A stretch of 39,841 bases of DNA from Betaproteobacteria bacterium (lineage in GTDB: Bacteria; Pseudomonadota; Gammaproteobacteria; Burkholderiales; SG8-41), in NCBI GenBank assembly GCA_016202615.1, contig JACQOI010000200.1, positions 1-39,841 on the forward strand, given 5' to 3'. The position numbers and the translations under genes were made by a program. This document shows positions 36,619 to 39,841 of this stretch, piece after piece (the first letter of the stretch is position 1; each line of letters begins with the position of its first letter). Below the pieces are notes generated by a model that was not told where the DNA came from, did not search any database, and was given only the letters and a program-made list of their open reading frames with translations.

Positions 36619-38079
36619 ATGACAGAAATCAAAGTCATCGACACCACTTTGCGCGACGCGCACCAGTCGTTGTGGGCCACGCGCATGACCACTGCCATGA
36701 TGCTGTCGGTCGCCGCACGGATGGACCGCATCGGATTCGAGGCGATCGACCTTCCAAGTGGAAATGTTCACGTCGATGTCGGCGTGCGCTACTTGAAGGA
36801 GAACCCGTGGGAAAAAGTGCGGCTGCTGTGCCAGGCCATTACTCGTACCCCGATGTTTGGGGGAGTCCTCAGCAGGAGCGGCGTTGGCTTCCACGTAGTT
36901 CCGGATGACATCCCGTTGTTGTGGATCGAACGGCTCGTCGCGAACGGCATGCGGCGTTTCAGGACATTTGATCCGCTGGCCGACCTCGACTCCATTGTTC
37001 CCCTCTTGCGGTTCGCGAAGGGACTCGGCGCATACACGATCGGCGCATTGGCTTTCGGCCACAGTCCGGTTCATACCGACGAACTTTACATGCAAAAGAC
37101 CAAAGAACTGATCGAACGCGCAGGGGTTGATGCGATCATGCTCAAGGACGCGGGCGGGCTGCTCACGCCTGACCGCATCCGCACGCTGGTTCCGGCAATG
37201 AAGAAAGTGATGGGCAAGCTGCCCCTGGAGCTGCACAGCCATTGCATTACCGGCCTTGCGCCGCTGGTGTATCTCGAGGGCGTCAAGCTCGGCGTCGACC
37301 ATGTGCACACTTCGATCGCCCCGCTCGCCAACGGTGAGGCGCAGCCTGCGACACAGACGATCGTCCGCAATCTCCGCGGCATGGGCTACACGGTCAACGT
37401 CGATGACGCGCTGATCGACGAAGTCGGCGAGCACTTCCGCAGGATCGCCGTCCAGGAAGGCAAGCCGCTCGGAGTGCCGCTTGAATACGATGCGTTCCAT
37501 TTCGAGCACCAGGTGCCCGGGGGGATGCAGAGCAATTTCAGGTTCCAGCTCGCGCAAGCCGGGCTCTCCCACAAGCTCGACGAAGTGCTGCACGAATGCG
37601 CGCGCATCCGCGGGGAACTCGGGTGGCCGATCATGATCACGCCGTTTTCCCAGATTGTCGGCACGCAAGCGGTGCTCAACGTGGTGCATGGCGAGCGCTA
37701 CCGGATCGTGCCGGACGAGGTAAAAAAATACGCGCTCGGTTATTATGGCAAACTGCTGGCGCCGGCCGATCCCGACGTGCGCGATCGGATCATCGCGAAT
37801 GGCTCGCAGTCGATTCCTCTCGAACCTCCGCCGCCCGAGCCCGCGGTGCCGGGGCTGCGCAAGAAATATCCGAACGTGAGCGACGAGGAGCGTTTGCTGC
37901 GCTACTCGTATGCCGGAACGCAGGTGGACGAGATGCTGGCGGCCGGGCCTATTCAGACCGAATATTATTTCGAGAAGCCGATAGTTCGACTGCTCAACGA
38001 GCTGGCGAAACGGCGCAAGCCGGCGCGCATTTACATTGAAAAAGGTTCGACCCGACTCGAACTCGGTCCTGCACGTTGA
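36619..38079 (+). CDS. Pyruvate carboxylase B / oxaloacetate decarboxylase alpha-like carboxyltransferase, paralogue 2
   Basis: DTTLRDAHQS, ENPWEK, LKDAGG, HSH, HQVPGGM, ITPFSQ; ATG 36619 after GGGGAG. Confidence 0.9.
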   Translation: MTEIKVIDTTLRDAHQSLWATRMTTAMMLSVAARMDRIGFEAIDLPSGNVHVDVGVRYLKENPWEKVRLLCQAITRTPMFGGVLSRSGVGFHVVPDDIPLLWIERLVANGMRRFRTFDPLADLDSIVPLLRFAKGLGAYTIGALAFGHSPVHTDELYMQKTKELIERAGVDAIMLKDAGGLLTPDRIRTLVPAMKKVMGKLPLELHSHCITGLAPLVYLEGVKLGVDHVHTSIAPLANGEAQPATQTIVRNLRGMGYTVNVDDALIDEVGEHFRRIAVQEGKPLGVPLEYDAFHFEHQVPGGMQSNFRFQLAQAGLSHKLDEVLHECARIRGELGWPIMITPFSQIVGTQAVLNVVHGERYRIVPDEVKKYALGYYGKLLAPADPDVRDRIIANGSQSIPLEPPPPEPAVPGLRKKYPNVSDEERLLRYSYAGTQVDEMLAAGPIQTEYYFEKPIVRLLNELAKRRKPARIYIEKGSTRLELGPAR

Positions 38080-38179
38080 TGCGCGGGCGTCGGGCGTCGC
38101 GCGGCGAGCTGCGTCGCAAACGAAGCGCTGGCCGATCACCTCGGCCGCCACCGTGTCGCGGCGTGGATCAGCCCGGGGA

Positions 38180-39178
38180 TCAGTATTGTTCGAACATGCG
38201 TTGTATGTCGTCCGGTTCGCTTGTTCGAGTCAGCGCCAACGATAGCAGCAGCGCCGCTTTTTGCGGTGAGAGGTTATCGGCGGCGACCATGCCCGGTTCG
38301 TGATAGTTACTTTCGCGGACGACGCGTCCCTCGCCCACTCTGGAGCTGCGCACCACGACGGCCCGGCCCGCGGCGGCGATATCGGCGCACTCCTTCGCGA
38401 GATCGCCGGACGAGCCCGCGCCTACGCCGGCAACGACTAAGCCCTTGGCCCCAAGCCCGCACGCTGCTTCCGCCATTCCGCGCTGTGCGCCCGCATAGAT
38501 GTACAGAATGTCCACCCGGGGCAGGCGCTCGACGCTCCCCAGGCTGAACTCGCTGTCGACCGTGTGTCGCCGTATCGGTGCGCGGTAAAACACGATCTTG
38601 TCTGCGTCCGCATATCCCAGCAGGCCGACGTCACGGCTGCGAAACGTATGCACATGGTAAGTGTTGGTTTTGGTCACGTCCCGGGCGGAATTGATTTCGC
38701 CGTTCGCGACCACCACCGCGCCTTTGCCGCGCGCTTCCGGTTGAGCCGCAACCCTGCACGCGTCCAGCAGATTGAGCGGTGCGTCGGTGCTTAGCGCGGT
38801 AAAGGGCCGCTGCGCGCCGGTCACTACGATCGGCTTGACGCTGCGCACAGTCAACGTCAGGAAATAGGCCGTCTCTTCCAGGGTGTTGGTGCCATGCACG
38901 AAAACGACGCCGTCCACCTCGGGAAACTGCAACAGCTCGTTCACGCGCGCGGCGAGCTTGCGCACATCTTCGAGCGTTGCTGTTTCGTACGGGTTGCCCT
39001 CGTCCACTTCGACGCACGCAACCTGCGCGATCTCCGGAACCGCCGCCAGCAGCTCCTGGCCAGTCATGCGCGGACGGCCGCTGTGCCGGTACTTTAGGAA
39101 GTCCATACGGTCTTTACCCTGGCTCGGCAATGTGGCCGGGCCCACCAACAAGCGGATGCGCGGCAAGTCTCTCTGCAT
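38180..39178 (-). CDS. Asparaginase/glutaminase family protein (divergent motifs)
   Basis: HGTNTLEETAY, KPIVVTGAQRP, ARDVTK, DNLSPQKA; ATG 39178 after AAGGA. Confidence 0.87.
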   Translation of the reverse strand: MQRDLPRIRLLVGPATLPSQGKDRMDFLKYRHSGRPRMTGQELLAAVPEIAQVACVEVDEGNPYETATLEDVRKLAARVNELLQFPEVDGVVFVHGTNTLEETAYFLTLTVRSVKPIVVTGAQRPFTALSTDAPLNLLDACRVAAQPEARGKGAVVVANGEINSARDVTKTNTYHVHTFRSRDVGLLGYADADKIVFYRAPIRRHTVDSEFSLGSVERLPRVDILYIYAGAQRGMAEAACGLGAKGLVVAGVGAGSSGDLAKECADIAAAGRAVVVRSSRVGEGRVVRESNYHEPGMVAADNLSPQKAALLLSLALTRTSEPDDIQRMFEQY

Positions 39179-39269
39179 TTTTCGTCCTTGACCTGCCCGA
39201 TCTTTCGATCCAGGCATTAGAGAATAAATAGTCTACGGCATTGTGCTTGCGGTTGCGACTACGGGCTGC

Positions 39270-39345
39270 CTAGCAGCCTGTCGGACTTAGCATTTCGAAC
39301 CGGCCGCTAAGGAGTTTGTCCGACCCAAGTCCGACAAACTCCTAG
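39270..39345 (-). mobile_element. 76-bp minimal derivative of the CTAG MITE family (both ends, interior missing), inverted orientation
   Basis: CTAGCAGCCTGTCGGACTTAG ... AAGGAGTTTGTCCGACCCAAGTCCGACAAACTCCTAG. Confidence 0.8.
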
Positions 39346-39442
39346 GGACTGTCGTTTGCGGTGTAGGCGCCTGATACTATTGGACAACGCTTTGCGTTGC
39401 GGCCGTAAAGCCGAAGTGCTAAGCTGTACTGTAGCAAAAAAA

Positions 39443-39520
39443 GAGCTTACGGGACATATTGAGAGGGAGTTAGTCAAGTGGTCAAAAGTTATTAAGGCCG
39501 CCGGGATCAAGGCAGAATAA
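39443..39520 (+). pseudogene. 3' remnant of a Bug/TctC gene
   Basis: ELTGHIERELVKWSKVIKAAGIKAE* is a typical Bug C-terminus; no gene body upstream. Confidence 0.75.
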
Positions 39521-39571
39521 AGCACCCCCGCCGCTTGGTCTGACCGATTTGTGAACAGTAAGAGACATGCC

Positions 39572-39841
39572 ATGGCGTACGGGTACGCCGATCGAATTCT
39601 GCGGGTTGACTTGAACACGCACCGGACCTGGACCGAACCGCTTCCTCCGGTGGAGGTATTGCGCAAGTATGTGGGCGGCACCGGGCTTGCGCTCTACTAT
39701 CTGGCGAAAGAAACGCCTCGCGGAGCGAAGGCTGGAGACCCGGAGGTGCCGCTGATCTTCATGACCGGCCCGCTCGCCGGGACGCGCGCGCCGAGCTCAT
39801 CCAACTATGTCGTGGTGTCGTTACACTACGAAATTCCCTAC
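39572..39841 (+). CDS. Aldehyde:ferredoxin oxidoreductase family protein (N-terminus, runs off the window)
   Basis: MAYGYADRILRVDL...KYVGGTGLA...DPEVPLIFMTGPLAGT; not in the ORF track. Confidence 0.88.
   Translation, partial: MAYGYADRILRVDLNTHRTWTEPLPPVEVLRKYVGGTGLALYYLAKETPRGAKAGDPEVPLIFMTGPLAGTRAPSSSNYVVVSLHYEIPY

Overview
A GC-rich, betaproteobacterial-looking (inference) accessory catabolic mosaic with no rRNA, tRNA or CRISPR array recognised. It carries eight orphan Bug/TctC (tripartite tricarboxylate transporter) binding-protein genes and two decayed ones, with no TctA/TctB. These are interspersed with enzyme modules: CapA-like metallophosphatase, NUDIX plus MBL hydrolase, PL5 alginate lyase, MmgE/PrpD, EtfBA, LysR, two FAD oxidoreductases, two atypical hydantoin-racemase-family proteins, three SDRs, a CoA-transferase, adenylate cyclase-FHA, a CMD-like protein, DUF35 plus thiolase, a biotin carboxylase system with two paralogous carboxyltransferases, asparaginase and the start of an aldehyde:ferredoxin oxidoreductase. 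Four signals are missed by the ORF track. (1) A family of CTAG-bounded, hairpin-ended non-autonomous elements occurs at 10075, 10378, 28052 and 39270, at module junctions; two of its ends could bracket an 11.3-kb cargo. (2) An 88-bp promoter/leader cassette is duplicated in inverted orientation in front of two unrelated genes. (3) A UGA-readthrough U-G-T-C selenoprotein is split into two ORFs by the track. (4) Several short gene remnants mark deletion scars.
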